Part shown: one piece after another, positions 22,773 through 36,597 of the stretch
How the letters are laid out: every line of letters begins with the position of its first letter
Position numbering within the stretch: position 1 is the stretch's first letter
Assembly (NCBI RefSeq): GCF_006345805.1
Contig: NW_021831872.1
Coordinates: forward strand, 1-63,095
Source: Octopus sinensis
Taxonomy: Eukaryota
Length of the DNA: 63,095 nt
Reading direction: 5' to 3'
Notes under the pieces: model-generated
What the model saw: only the letters and a program-made list of their open reading frames with translations
The model's database searches: none
Told to the model about the DNA's origin: nothing
Program-made: the position numbers and the translations under genes

Positions 22773-24064
22773 TTTCTTGACTGATGTTTCAATTTGGCTC
22801 AGTAACCTCGTGATCCCAATATGGTTACATTCGTTTAATCAATGATCCTAAGATAAACTCTAAGGCTGTAATATGGCAGAGTCGTTAAAGCGTCCTATAC
22901 AATGCTCTGCGCTCTGAGTCTAAATCAGATCGAAGCTAACTCAGACCCGTCTCCAGACTTTGGTGTCTGGGGATGTTTCAGAATATTCTTGGTGGGCACT
23001 AATTTGTATTGCGGGAAGACTTTTGTAAATTGTATTTTCTTAATCTGAGGGTGCACCATTGAATAGTGCGGGTCCAATGCCATCTAGTGCCCCACACCAC
23101 CCTACCCACACTTAAATACAGGCATGAGTTAACTTTACCTTCTGAGACGATAAACAAGAATCACTCGAAGACGGTTGATTCTGGAAACCTTTAGAGCGTT
23201 GGAAGTGATGTCTTGTGATGTCTGCTTCGTCTCCCTGTGAAACTGTGTCTGGTTTACCTTACCTTGGACAACGATACCAAAAGTGGAGACATACATTAGG
23301 TCAGTCTTTAAAAATACAAGTACCGCCTAGGGCTTCGACTTGGGGGCGAACTTTCCTGGTGCAAATCCATAATCTTAGAAGACATGTTGAGGATCCCGGA
23401 TATAAGCACTCTGCTAACGACTATATAAGTACTAAACTCCCGGATATAAACACTAAACAACGACTGTAAAAGGAATTAACAAATTAACAAAGATTATATG
23501 GACGATTGCACTAAAAAACTATAGTAGTAAACACATGAAGTTATTTCTTTAAAGGACTGTCACCGTAAGAAGGCTTTTGATTATAGGTATATTTAATCAG
23601 AGTTAAGGTGGGATTAAACAAATCCACCACCAACAAAGAAAACAGCAGTAGTAATGAGCGAGGAAGAAGCTTCTGTGATGTCGCTTGAACTAAAAAATTC
23701 CAAGTCAGATCTCACTCAAATCACACTCTACTGTTTTAAAAATAGAATGATACATTTGATTATGTTGTCTTAAATAGAGTCAGCGTGTCCCAAGCAGGAC
23801 ATAAAAAGAGTTGGGCCAACCCAAGTTTTTTTTCTGTCCATGGTGTATAAATTTAACGGTGTGTCAGATGTACATGCAGCATATCAATAATTTAGCGGGT
23901 ACGTTAACTGTATGTACTATAATAGACTTAGTCTGTAGTACAATTTAAGTATCAAGCACACTTTCTTTAGCATATCAAAAATGAACTGGATTAGCTGTCA
24001 GTAACTCGTTGTTTATGCAAGTCGAGATTTCCGGCTTAGTGACTTCCTAACTGTAGTGACTATA

Positions 24065-24605
24065 TCTACATTATAAAATCCGTTCTGTGTGTGTCTTCTA
24101 GGATCTCGGGCATCCCCCATCCGATTGCGCTCAAATTTTCTATGTAGATACCGACGGTATCAGGGGGTGTATAAGTCTTGAAAAAATTACAAAAATCGAT
24201 TCCAGGTGAGAATGCGATCGATAAAGCCGTGGGAATGTGCATTTGCACGCGCAAGTACATCAGCTGTTGCTATCGATACTACGCGTACGCGAGAAAAAGG
24301 CACGTGCAGTTTGCGCAAAAAAAGCCGGCTGGTTTGAAATAATGCCACAAATGCAGTATATTTAAGAGACCCAAAAAGTAAGGTGCAAAAGAGATATTTT
24401 CTTCAAACATGGCATGAAGGAAGGAAAGACTATTTGGTTTTTTAAGAATTTTTTTTTTTTTTGCCTTCACTTCGTTTCACAAAACCCAAAATTTTATTGA
24501 AATAAAGGCATGCTTAATTATTTTTTAATGAAAAGAAAACACTGATTGCTTTTTATTCAGCAGATATGATTCAGCACCGTCCATTAAACAGGGGGCCGTT
24601 TTGCT

Positions 24606-24607
<2 letters not shown>
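24065..24607 (+). mobile_element. Non-autonomous Helitron-like element (family H3)
   Basis: a|TCTACATTATAAAATC 5' end and a degenerate GC hairpin followed by ..ttttgCTTG|t at the 3' end. The 5' 230 bp is homologous to 62879-63095. Confidence 0.6.
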
Positions 24608-24638
<31 letters not shown>

Positions 24639-25213
24639 TGCATAAATGCATGCGTGCACATACAATAGACTTGTGCGTGGTTTCTGGCAGGAGTTCTAAA
24701 TAGAAATGGAACCAGTTGAACCGATATTTCTCTTTCTGCTTACGGAAATGTGTCTTTTATTATTTCCCCCCATACTTCATCTTTTATTTGTGTCAGTCAT
24801 TTAGCTGCGGCCATGCTGGGACATCGCCTTAAAGAGTTTAGCCAAACAAATCCACCCACTACATGTTTTTTTTTAAGTGTGGTCTTATTCTTTCTGCTTT
24901 GCTGAATCACTAAGCTAAAGGCATGTAAACAAACCAATACCGGCTTTTATCACCACAAACAACAACAGCAAAAGCACCACTAACACTACCATCAATCAAG
25001 GGTTGCTAATTCTCCCTCAACTTAAATTGTACCATCTTAGAAAAGGAAGAACACATTGTATAATGTAGTTCTGTATAACTGTAATGAGTGGTGGTCACAG
25101 CCGAAGAGCTTTTGCACAAGACTATCAAACAGAATTGACCCAGGGCTGAACAACAACAATGCAACAAGACTAAGATCACTAACAGTAACACTGACACCAT
25201 CACCCTCACTACC

Positions 25214-25442
25214 TATTTCTTTACTACCCACAAGGGGCTAAACACAGAGGACAAACAAGGACAAACAAATGGATTAAGTCGATTACATCGACCCCAGTGC
25301 GTAACTGGTACTTATTTAATCGACCTCGAAAGGATGAAAGGCAAAGTTGACCTTGGCGGAATTTGAACTCAGAACGTAACGGCAGACGAAATACAACTAT
25401 GCATTTCGCCCAGTATGCTAACGTTTCTGCCAGCTCACTGCC
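25214..25442 (-). mobile_element. Family B SINE
   Basis: Full head-to-tail similarity to 16622. Confidence 0.9.
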
Positions 25443-25491
25443 TTATTACCTAGACGCAAAAATAAACTTGTTGAACTACCAATCTCTCTTG

Positions 25492-25531
<40 letters not shown>

Positions 25532-26382
25532 ATCTCTCTCTCTTTCTATCTTTCTTTCGCCCTCTCTCTCCTTCTCTCTCTCTTTCTATCTCTATCTATC
25601 TATCTCTGTCTCTCTCACTCTGCCTATCTATCCGTTTGAATTTTTCACTGTCGTTCTATCATTTTCTCCCGCTCCTGCTCTCCTATATTTTCTCTTTCAC
25701 TACACAGCATTAAGAAATACAATACAACAACAGCAACAACAGCTACCGCAACCGCAACCGCAACCGCAACTAAAACAAAAACAACAACAACAACAACACA
25801 CACACAAGAAATCCGTTATCTAATGATGCAGACAAAAATTAGCCGTAACAAATTCTTGCTTTGTTCTCTTTCGGGACCAGTTGGTCACACTAGACGTTTG
25901 AGCAACAAAATTCTTTAAACGGAAGATTTATTTTCCAACACGTTTCTCTTGAATAAACCGGAGCTGAATGAGAGTCGGTTGTATTAAAATTATACGATTC
26001 GATTGTTAGGCTCACAAGTTAACCTTTCGGAGATATTTAGTTTAAAATTTTAAAATCATTTTAGACGGAATACTTTTCGGAAATAGTAAGGATAATATGC
26101 TGTATGGCTACAAATATAATATTTAGATTTCTATATATCTGAGAGGTAATATTGGTTTCAAATTTTGGCACAAGGCCAGCAATTCCGGGGAAGCGAAAAG
26201 TCGATTTTATCGACCGTAGTCTTCAACTGATACTATTTTTATCAACCCCGAAAGGGGTGAAAGGTAAAGTCGACCTCACGGAATTTGAACTCAGAACATA
26301 AAGAAGGGTGAAAGCATTTTATCCGGTGTGCTAAAGATTCTGTCAGCTCTCTGCCTTTATCTGATAGGCAATATCATATATG

Positions 26383-26440
<58 letters not shown>

Positions 26441-26472
26441 GACACACGTATATCTACCTACCTATCTCTCTC

Positions 26473-26523
<51 letters not shown>

Positions 26524-26700
26524 TTCTGTCTACCACATTCACTTGCTATGCATTGGTCGGTCCGAAGCTCTAGAAAGACACGTTTGTGCAAGGTGCTGTG
26601 AAAAGGGAGTGAACTAGAAACAACGTACTTTCCTCCGCCTACAAAAAAAATCTTTGTTTTATTTGTCTCTCTTTTTCTTGCCACGCATTGGAGCTTATAC

Positions 26701-26917
26701 TATTTCTTTACTACCCACAAGGGGCTAAACACAGAGGGGACAAACGGATTAAGTCAATTATATTGACCCCAGTGCGTAACTGGTACTTATTTAATCGACC
26801 CCGAAAGGATGAAAGGCAAAGTCGACCTCGGCGGAATTTGAACTCAGAACATAACCGCAGGCGAAATACTGCTAAGAATTTCGCCCGGCGTGCTAACGAT
26901 TCTACCAGCTCGCCGCC
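26701..26917 (-). mobile_element. Family B SINE with a 15-bp TSD
   Basis: attggagcttatact at 26687-26701 and 26920-26934. Confidence 0.9.
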
Positions 26918-27193
26918 TTATTGGAGCTTATACTGCTTAATAACAACTTCAAGTGTAAAGTCCGCACTTTAAAATCGAAAACATGTGAAATTCGAAACGA
27001 AATAATCAGCATATCGAAATAGTAACCTAGATAGTGTTCACGTTTGAACCGCCCATGTATTTGATATCGCCTTCATTAAAGATAGGTATTACACACACAC
27101 AAACACAAGCACACACTCCACCACAAACACTCATAGTATAACTTATATGCATATATATATTAGAAGGCTTGGAGATGATGTACAGGTATTTTA

Positions 27194-27497
27194 TATTAGA
27201 AGAAATCTCAGAAATTCGGATGGTTTTATATTTACAGATATTTATTTGTATATTACATGTTTTATACATCATATATCATATATCATATAATAGCGCTTTC
27301 GTCTATTCTAGTGGAGTTTTCAAATTGAACCAACTTAGTTCAATTAGTTCAATTTGACAACTCCACTAAAATGGACGAAAGCACTAATATATGGTATATT
27401 TTATATGATATATGATGTATAGAAACATGTAATATACAAATAAATATCTGTAAATATAAAACCATCTGAATTTCTGAGTACCTCATTTCTTCTAATA
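27194..27497. repeat. Imperfect inverted repeat, ~140-bp arms, 16-bp spacer
   Basis: 27194-27330 pairs with 27347-27497. Confidence 0.85.
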
Positions 27498-27499
27498 TA

Positions 27500-27576
<77 letters not shown>

Positions 27577-27862
27577 AATATACTGCTGGCAGATTACCCA
27601 ATTTTTAATACAGAAGTGTTGGTTATTGTGTGGCAATTACTGAGCGTAATAAATGGGCGAGGGTAGAAAGTGGTTTTTCCCTTAATTTATATGGCAAGAA
27701 GAAAACGGAGGGGATCAAGAGGTAACATGCATCATCTATTAGACATTATATTATGTCTCTTTATTTATTCTGAACAATTCTGAGAATATATATACATGTG
27801 TAAAGATTGTGTTCTACATATAAAGTATCAGTAATTTCTAGAATAGAGAAAGAAGAGCAGTT

Positions 27863-27990
27863 TCTTACAGCTGTTTCTGCCAAAAGACCACTGTACCCCA
27901 CATGTATATTTTCATCCATCTTTTCAGTGTTTGGAGTGTTCCGTAGATAAAATTAGGGTACTTGGGTGTGCCTCTAGGCTTCGTCAGAGA
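27863..27990 (-). ncRNA. Candidate type I hammerhead with a ~95-nt stem II insert
   Basis: UCU-CUGACGA-AGCC...GGCA-GAAAC-AGCU-GUA-AGA; palindromic ACAGCUGU stem III; A.A mismatch at the base of stem II. Confidence 0.45.
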
Positions 27991-28314
27991 GTTTAGAAGA
28001 GGGTCTAAGAAGTTCAGAGGGCTAACTTATGTATATATGAATATACATATATATACTCACATAATATATACACACACACACATATATATATACACATATA
28101 CATATACGCGTGTACACACATACAACAGAATCAGTTATTTTTTGGTGTAGTACAATATTCTTAGTAGAGAATGTATACGAAGAGAAATAGGAGAAGAATC
28201 GAAGTAAGCAATAGAGTTTGAGAGGAGTACAGTTTTGTAGAAATGAAAAGTTATATATATATATATATATATGTTGTGCAAGATTTTTTATGTGAAGTCG
28301 TGTGTTGAAACAGA

Positions 28315-28693
28315 TATTGTTATATTTCGGAATGGTCATATTGCCAGTTTAGCCAATAAAAACACACGCACTATATATTTGGTGTTATTTTGCTTCAGTG
28401 TTATTTATTCTTTACATTAATCTTAATCTTATTTCGGCCAGAGTTCTTTCGTCACACTCCTGTGACCACATCACAAAATGGCTGACGGTTAGTAAGGAGA
28501 GACACAAATAAGAAACAAGAAAACAAAGGACCACTGATGCGGTCACAGGAGTGTGAGGAAAGAACTCTGGCCGAAATAAGATTAAGATTAATGTAAAAAA
28601 TAAATAACACTGAAGCAAAATAACACCAAATATATAGTGCGTGTGTTTTTATTGGCTACACTGGCAATATGACCATTCCGAAATATAACAATA
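28315..28693. repeat. Inverted repeat (~158-bp arms, 61-bp spacer), pLTR-like, with a variant hammerhead at 28531-28570(+)
   Basis: 28315-28473 is the reverse complement of 28535-28693. Motif CCA-CTGATGCG-GTCACA-GGAG-TGTGA(G/C)-GAAAG-AA-CTC-TGG. Confidence 0.85.
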
Positions 28694-28709
28694 TATATAT
28701 ATATATATA

Positions 28710-29374
28710 GTTTTTGGAAACTCCACTTACAGAAAATGGAAAAAACAGTCTTTGACTGCCATTTCTAATTCCTTCGGTATGAGGCGAAACAGCCTGCTGC
28801 TAGCCCTCTTATTTACTTTACTATATACTGAACCTTACAAAGTTCCTGACGATAAATTTGTCGTATTTACATACCGAAATTTACCGGTAAATAATTGTTG
28901 GTTACATAAAAAACCACAGAAAAATTATTTACCATTTTTATTGCATTACCATGTGGATTCCTCATTCCATTACGATTACCCAGAAGGCGCGCATGGCAGA
29001 ATTTTGGAGGGAAAATTTACGTTCCCAATCGTTACTTAGTTTTAACATCTGCGCACTTCCCCCCACTATCTGATGTCGCTGGGTCAGAAGTGAGGGCCTG
29101 TGGCATTTGGTAAAGCTATCGAATATAGCGCCGATGACGGAAATCAAACTACTTTTCTATGTTTGTGATCCAGAAACATGTTCGTTATTAACGGTAAGTG
29201 ACTGTTTGCGTCTATTTGCTACTCCGGTTTTGTGTATGTGAGCCGCACGGGCCTTCGTTTTTGGAATCTCCACTTACAGAAATTGGAAAAAACAGTCTTT
29301 GACTGCCATTTCTAATTCCTTCGGTATGAGGCGAAACAGCCTGCTGCTAGCCCTCTTATTTACTTTACTATGTA
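28710..29374. repeat. ~116-bp direct repeats 547 bp apart, enclosing a CpG-richer unique core
   Basis: 28710-28825 and 29257-29374 are nearly identical. Confidence 0.85.
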
Positions 29375-29390
29375 TATATATATATATACA

Positions 29391-29470
<80 letters not shown>

Positions 29471-29629
29471 TATGTACACACACATACACACACACATATA
29501 CACGCATACATACATGTACATACATACATACATAAATACATACATACATACATACACACACACATACATACATACATGCATACATACATACATACATACA
29601 TACATACATACATACATGCATACATGCAT

Positions 29630-30932
29630 ACATACAAACAAACATTTATATGGCGTGACTGTGCGGTTTTATTGCGGTTTTATACCTTTGTAATAACTCA
29701 TTTTTCGTAAGCAGTCTAGTCAAACCATACCCACTGAGTCATATCACTCTAACCTATCATACTCACTAACCCATCCATTCATCCACATTTTACTTATATA
29801 ATTCTTAATTTAATCTAATTTAATTTAATCTAATCGAATCAAGTCTCAGTTTTAATTTTTACTCTCCTACCTACCCATAGTTAACCATGGCTTATTTGTT
29901 TTTATGTTTTTATGCATCTATATATTTTTATCTAGTTTGTTTTTATGTTATCTGTTAACCACTAACCAACCATAACACCGTCGTGGCCTTTCAAAAAAAA
30001 ATTGCTGCCCAATTAGGCTACGGGACTGTCCATAACCCCCTCTCCATTACCCATATGGGTGCAGCAACTTGTTAACCCCAAAATAACGGAAGCAAATACA
30101 GTATCTTGGTCACTACCCGGATATTTACTTCTTTTAATACTAACTGCTATCATAACTATTAGTATAATCTTTCACCCCCGTAATGGGGACCATAATCCCA
30201 TGCCCTCAACTGTAAACATATTGTAAGATTATATGTATGTGTATATTCATATCCCAGAGAAATACGAACCACTACAGGAATCCACCCTTCCTAACGCATA
30301 TGAATATACACATACATATAATTTTACGATATGTTTACAGTTGAGGGCTTGAGATTATGGTCCCCATTACGGGGGTGAAAGATTATACTAATAGTTATGA
30401 TAGCAGTTAGTATTAAAAGAAGTAAATATCCGGGTAGTGACCAAGATACTGTATTTGCTTCCGTTATTTTGGGGTTAACAAGTTGCTGCACCCATATGGG
30501 TAATGGAGAGGGGGTTATGGGCAGTCCCGTAGCCTAATTGGGCAGCAATTCTTTTTGAAAGGCCACGACGGTGTTATGGTTGGTTAGTGGTTAACAGATA
30601 ACATAAAAACAAACTAGATAAAAATATATAGATGCATAAAAACATAAAAACAATTAGGTCATGGTTAACTATGGGTAGGTAGGAGAGTAAAAATTAATAC
30701 TGAGACTTGATTCGATTAGCTTAAATTAGATTAAATTAAATCAGATTAAATTAAATATTATATAAGTAAAATGTGGAGGAATGGATGGGTTAGTGAGTAT
30801 GATAGGTTAGAGTGATATGACTAAGTGGATGTAGTTTGACTAGACTGCTTACGAAAAATGAGTTATTACAAAGGTATAAAAGCGCAATAAAACCGCACAG
30901 TCACGCCATATGTATAAATGTTTGTTTGTATG
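29630..30932. repeat. 1.3-kb foldback: ~620-bp inverted arms, 47-bp spacer
   Basis: 29630-30251 is the reverse complement of 30299-30932, with scattered substitutions; non-coding. Confidence 0.95.
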
Positions 30933-31899
30933 TATGTACGTATGTACATGTATACGTATTTGTGACTATGTTTGCGTGTATATATATGTGTGTGTGTGTA
31001 CATATATTTAGTTCAGATTTACAGAAAGCAGAAGTGGAAGACAGGTGTAGGAACAACAAACAGGTGTATTAGTTTAACGCTTGGGAAATGAACAAAGAAC
31101 GAAGAGTTATATGTACATGCATATGTTTGTATGTATGTAGGGACGTACGTAGGTCTGCTTCATCATGGTTCACCTGGGATTAAAAAAGAACATGAACAAC
31201 AACAGATTTAACTGTAACAGGCAAACCGTGACTAGAATGCCTCGTAATAGACTTGCCATGACTAGGATGCTTCCAACCATGTCTGTTTAGCCAGGATGAA
31301 GCAATGATGTATTCGTGTATACAACGTAGAGATGAGATATTAAAAATTACTAAATTAATTGGCTAGCTAATTCGCTCCCCGTGATCTCGGAAACAACACA
31401 AAATGCCCGTGAAAGCAATCGGAGACAAACTACCAACATATGAGAATAAGTCATGACTCTACAGTTTCTATATCAGAAAATGTCCACATTAACCCTGACA
31501 ACATCCTTCTCTAAATGTGTCTATGAAGGGTTCGATTAATAAATTGGGTATGATAGTTGGCGTTCAGCAAACCGTGGTTATTTGTCAATGGTACTTATGA
31601 ATCTTCTTCCCCCTGACTTACATCCTCAGCACAACGGTAATCAGTCCCTCTTAATTCAGAACCCTAAGTAGCGCTGATTCCAGTCAGTGCAACATAGAGA
31701 ACGAGTAATTTGAAAGAACTTCAGATGCGTTTGTATATCTTTGAAAATAATTACAAATTAGAAGAGATTAAATTGGTGCATGCCGTAGACCGCTACGTAT
31801 ACATACAGGCATACATACATACATGTATATATGTGTGTATGTAGTATGTATGTGTATGTATATACACACACACACACACACATATATATACACACACAC

Positions 31900-32640
31900 A
31901 CGAGAGGTGTTCATTACAGATTTCCCCGACCCACTTTCCAAATAATTAGGCATAATTGTTAGTCCTTCTCTACATAGCCACCACCAACGGTGACAAACTT
32001 CTGCCATCGCTTTATGCAGCTGCGAAGAACTCGTCTGTAGAAGTAGGTAGGTTGTGTCTGGAGCCAAGACTTTACCTCGGAAATAAGTTCATCATCATCC
32101 GAAAAGTGCTTCCCCTTCAAAAAAGACTTCATGATTGGAAAGAGGTAGAAGTCAGAAGGGGGACGAAGAAGGATTTCATAGCTGCAGGAGTAAGCTTTCC
32201 TCTGGGCAGCATGCGCTTTGTGAACTGGGGTGTTGTCTCGGAGGAGGCGGTTCCTTTGGTCAGTACGCAACACCTCTCTAGATTGATGGCGTCCCATAAT
32301 TTCTGAAACAGAAACGCAGAATATACCCCGATAATCGTGGTGCCCTTTGCCAGAAAATCCATCATTACTACGCGCTGGTCTCAAAAGACTGAGGATCACT
32401 TTGCCTGCTGAGTGTTGGAAATGAGCCTTCTTTAGAGGTGATGTGTTATCATGCTTCCATTGCTTCTATTGGACTTTAGGCTCAGGAACATAGTGGCAGG
32501 CCCATGTTTCGTCCTGTGTGATAAGTCTGCCGAAAATGTCCTCCCCACTTTCCTGGCACATTGCCAAAAGAGCCTAGAAGAAATTGACTCGTTTCTGCTT
32601 CTGAAAAGGTGTGAGACAACTCCTGCATGTGCGTGCGTGT
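31900..32640 (-). mobile_element. Mariner transposase relic with one TIR
   Basis: RLITQDETWACHYVPEPK, SAGKVIL, MMDFLAKGTTI, PSDFYLFPIMKSFLKGKHFSDDDELISEV..RWQKFVTVGGGYVEKD*; TIR cgagaggtgttca at about 31901. Confidence 0.9.
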
Positions 32641-34019
32641 TTTGTATTCATGTGGAGGTGCTAATGAAAACAGAAATGATTAAAAATAAGATAACTGACA
32701 AAAAAATTAACGGATGGATTCACTCGACGGCTTTCAGTAACATCTCGTCTCCTTGCTCATTTCTCTTCTCCCTCTACTCTGGATGGACCCCTCAGATATC
32801 AAGAAAACGTCGGTATTTTTCAACCACGAAGTATTAACCACACCCAACAGCATACCACTCTCTCCATGTGGTATTTATGTATTGAGTACTACTTTATGAG
32901 CTAGCTACCACGAATTTGTACGATAGAAATTCGAATAATATGGTTTCATTCTATTTCAAATAGGAGATGTCTAACATGTTTATCCTACATATACAATTTT
33001 GTAACTCATATTAGCAAATGAAACACGTGTAATGGTGAGTTAATAATGCCTAAAGTTTCTTTACAATCCCCTATTTTGACAAGTAACTATTTTTCAAAAG
33101 CTATTTTTCAGTATTTTCCAACTCTTATGAATGTCTCACACAAGTATCTACATATAATTTTGGAGTAATGGAATATGCAGCTATGATTCATGATTATGAA
33201 ACGGCTGTAGACTAATGGAATGCACATCTATTCTCTCACTTCACATTTCTTAGCTCCTCTATTTATGCAAATACTTTGCAACATTTGAATTCCTGGATTC
33301 TCGAAATTACGCTAAGGTTTATCCTAACTTTAACCACAGTCCTTTTATATAGCTATTGGTGAAGAACTAAATGTGGACTCGCTTTCATTCTTTCAATTCT
33401 TATCTTTACTATGAGTTCCTATACGTGTCTTGTATATATTAACTTGGATGGTCGGCAAAAAGAAATTGATAGAATGAGTTTCACACATAAAGAAGTAAAA
33501 TTACAGGGGTTAGGTTGTTTTGACTAAATCCTTCGGTACGGTGCCTTAACATTGCCTTGGTCTAATGACTGAAGCAAGTATAAGAGCTAAAGTGACATAT
33601 ATGTTCACAAGCATATGTACACACACACACACATACACATACATATTTATATTTATATTTATATTTCTACACACGTGCCTGTCCGACGCTGTTTAGTTAG
33701 CTTTTGTAGTTGGGAATTGGTTAATGCCATTTGAAAGGATATCCGATTGCTAATTCTATCCATTATCCTAATAAATGCATGCAGTGAGCAATACAAAGTT
33801 TACCAGCAACAATAACAAGAAAAACGCAACGACAGTAAACCATATGATCTTATGCTTTTTCTACACACACACAAACACAGGCACGTTTTATGGTAGTGTG
33901 TGTAAGTTATATAAGTGTATATATGTGTGTGTGCGTGTGCGTGCGTGTGTGTATGTGTGTGTGTGTGTGTATCTGTAAATACATATCCAAGACTGTGGCA
34001 CAACACTAGTTTTACAATG

Positions 34020-34420
34020 TCTGACAAATTTTGGCACAGAACCAGCGATTTTGGAGTAAGGGATAAATCGTTACATCGGCTCCAGCTTTGAACTGGTACT
34101 TATTTTATCGACCCCGAATGGATGAAAGGCAAAATCGACCTCCACGGAATTCGAACTCAGAACGCAAAGCATTTTGTCCGACGTCCTAACGGTTCTGCTA
34201 AGCTCAGTCTAATATTGGTTTAACATTTCGGCACAAGGCCAGCAATTTTATGGAAAAGTTAGGTCGATTTACATCGACCCCAGTGCTCAATTGGTACATC
34301 ATTTATCGACACTGAATGAGACGAAATGCTATGTCGGCCTTGGCAGCATTTGAACTCAGAAGATGAAGACAGGCCAAATACTGCTAAGCATTTTGCCTGG
34401 AGTGCTAACGACTCAGCCAA
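34020..34420 (-). mobile_element. Two decayed SINE fragments related to family B
   Basis: tcgaccccgaatggatgaaaggcaaaatcgac..gaactcagaac occurs twice. Confidence 0.65.
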
Positions 34421-35273
34421 CCTACATTATATTAATATTAGTAGAACAATCTTGTTAGAGTTAACGAAAGCAAATGTTGGAAACGTTTGCAGACGTTGTA
34501 GTAGTGGTCGTGGTAGTTGGTAGTGCGCACGGTGGTGGTAGTGGAGTTGGGAGCAGTGGTGGGGTTGATTGTAGTGGCGGTGCTGATAATGATAATCGCT
34601 GTGCTAATGATGATAGTGATACTAATAATGATGTTGAAGACGATGATGACGACGATAATGATGATGATGATGCAGAAGCCATTAGAAACAGGTTAAAGTA
34701 AATGTTATTAGTAAAACTGCCAAATGTGAATGTTTAAACGTAAGAGGGTTATTGTTAATAGCAAGGAAGGTAAGGGGATATCCTCGATGCATTAAAAATG
34801 TTAACACTAAACTATTGTTTTTCATACGGGTGACATCTGTGAACTACTGAACTTGTAAACAATTCTATTTTCGTATACCAACAAATACACAAAATTATAC
34901 ATTTACTTAGAGATTATAATATCACTAAGAGAAAGCCATGTTTTACTAACGAGGTTAGAGTTATAAATAACGTAACATACTCAGAGTTATCTCCCGTATT
35001 TGTTGGAAAACAAGAAACACCAAATGATATTGTTTTATGTTATTCCAAGGAAGGGGTTCTTTTTTATCCCATAATTATGTTTCTGCTCAGTTATTTTAAT
35101 ACACTCTGTATTAAGTATGTCATAAATAAGTTGGTGAAAAGTAAATAGCTATGTGAGATGTAAATTGTAAAAAGTGTCAGGTGCAACGCTAAAAGATAGC
35201 GGTTTGGTAAAATGTTAAAGGTTAAAAAATCAGTACGAAAAGCAGTATCAAGTTAAGTAATAAATACGTATGA

Positions 35274-35317
<44 letters not shown>

Positions 35318-35816
35318 AAATAATAATAAGAAGACAAAGAACATTATTTAACACATCTTTAATGCTTCGTTACAATTGTTTCTGTACCAATTCTATTTGC
35401 AACGACAGTTTGCGCAAAATACGAAGTGAAAGTTCACGTAGTTTCCTATTTTAGAGAGGCACTTGCATCAAAGATGTGCAATAACATTGTGAGTCTTCCA
35501 GGCTCAGGTGGATGACGAATCTTACAATGTGATGTTGCAGTCATCTTCCTCTCAGTTGAACCAAGAAGGTTTCTTCTACAATGCCTTCAGGTCCAATCTT
35601 CACATAAATAAGTAGGCGTGCCCTGATATCTAATGAATTCATAACTGGGACTTTGACAGGTGCTACTACTCCGGACCAGAGCAGACCAGGGAAATAATTG
35701 TCTATGAGGTGATTCCCTATTTCTCAAAATCCTGGAATACTCGAACCAGAGCCCTAGTACATACATATGCATATATACATACATATATATAAATATATAC
35801 ATATATATATATATAT

Positions 35817-35865
<49 letters not shown>

Positions 35866-36027
35866 CATACATACATCTAGCTATGTGTGTATATAAATAC
35901 ACATACGTGCACACGCACACACACACACATATATATACACATATATACACACACATATATATATATATATATATACCCATTATACCATTATATACACATA
36001 TATCTATAAACACACACATATGTCGAA

Positions 36028-36134
<107 letters not shown>

Positions 36135-36597
36135 TTCAAATCCAATTATACGCGACAGAAATCAACCCAGTAATGAGTATAACCAGCGCTTTCTAATAAA
36201 CTGCAAAGCAAGGCTGACTTTCTAGTTCACTTGATTTGTAGCTTTTAGCACAAGCTGTGGTTTAATGGATCTTCGGTCGCTCTATCTGCTAATAATATCT
36301 ATTTTCAGTTAACTGCAATGAAGAAATGACAATTAGCACTGTGACCAATGGAAATACAACGTTTATTACAAGATTGACTGATATATTTTCCTTCATACGG
36401 TGACCATTTATTATTAGCATGTATTGGCTCTTATACTCTCGAGTCCCTTGTCGTACAAAAGCAAATTCGATTATAAGTTGAGCATTTGAAGGGATTATCG
36501 ATATATGAACGTGTGTGTCAGTGTGTGCATTGAGCAGGTCCTGTCTTTGTACTATCAGTTGCAGTTATTTTCGAATTTTCCTCATTAATATTATCTT

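Noticed and set aside
23050-23470. Unique segment with a CAAG|GTAAGG donor on the minus strand and an 84-aa plus-strand ORF
   Set aside because: Poor acceptor and no recognisable peptide.
28843-28895. CTGACGA ... GAAA-TTTACCGGTAAA-TA hammerhead look-alike
   Set aside because: No stem II closure adjacent to GAAA and no stem I pairing; an alternative local hairpin sequesters the core.
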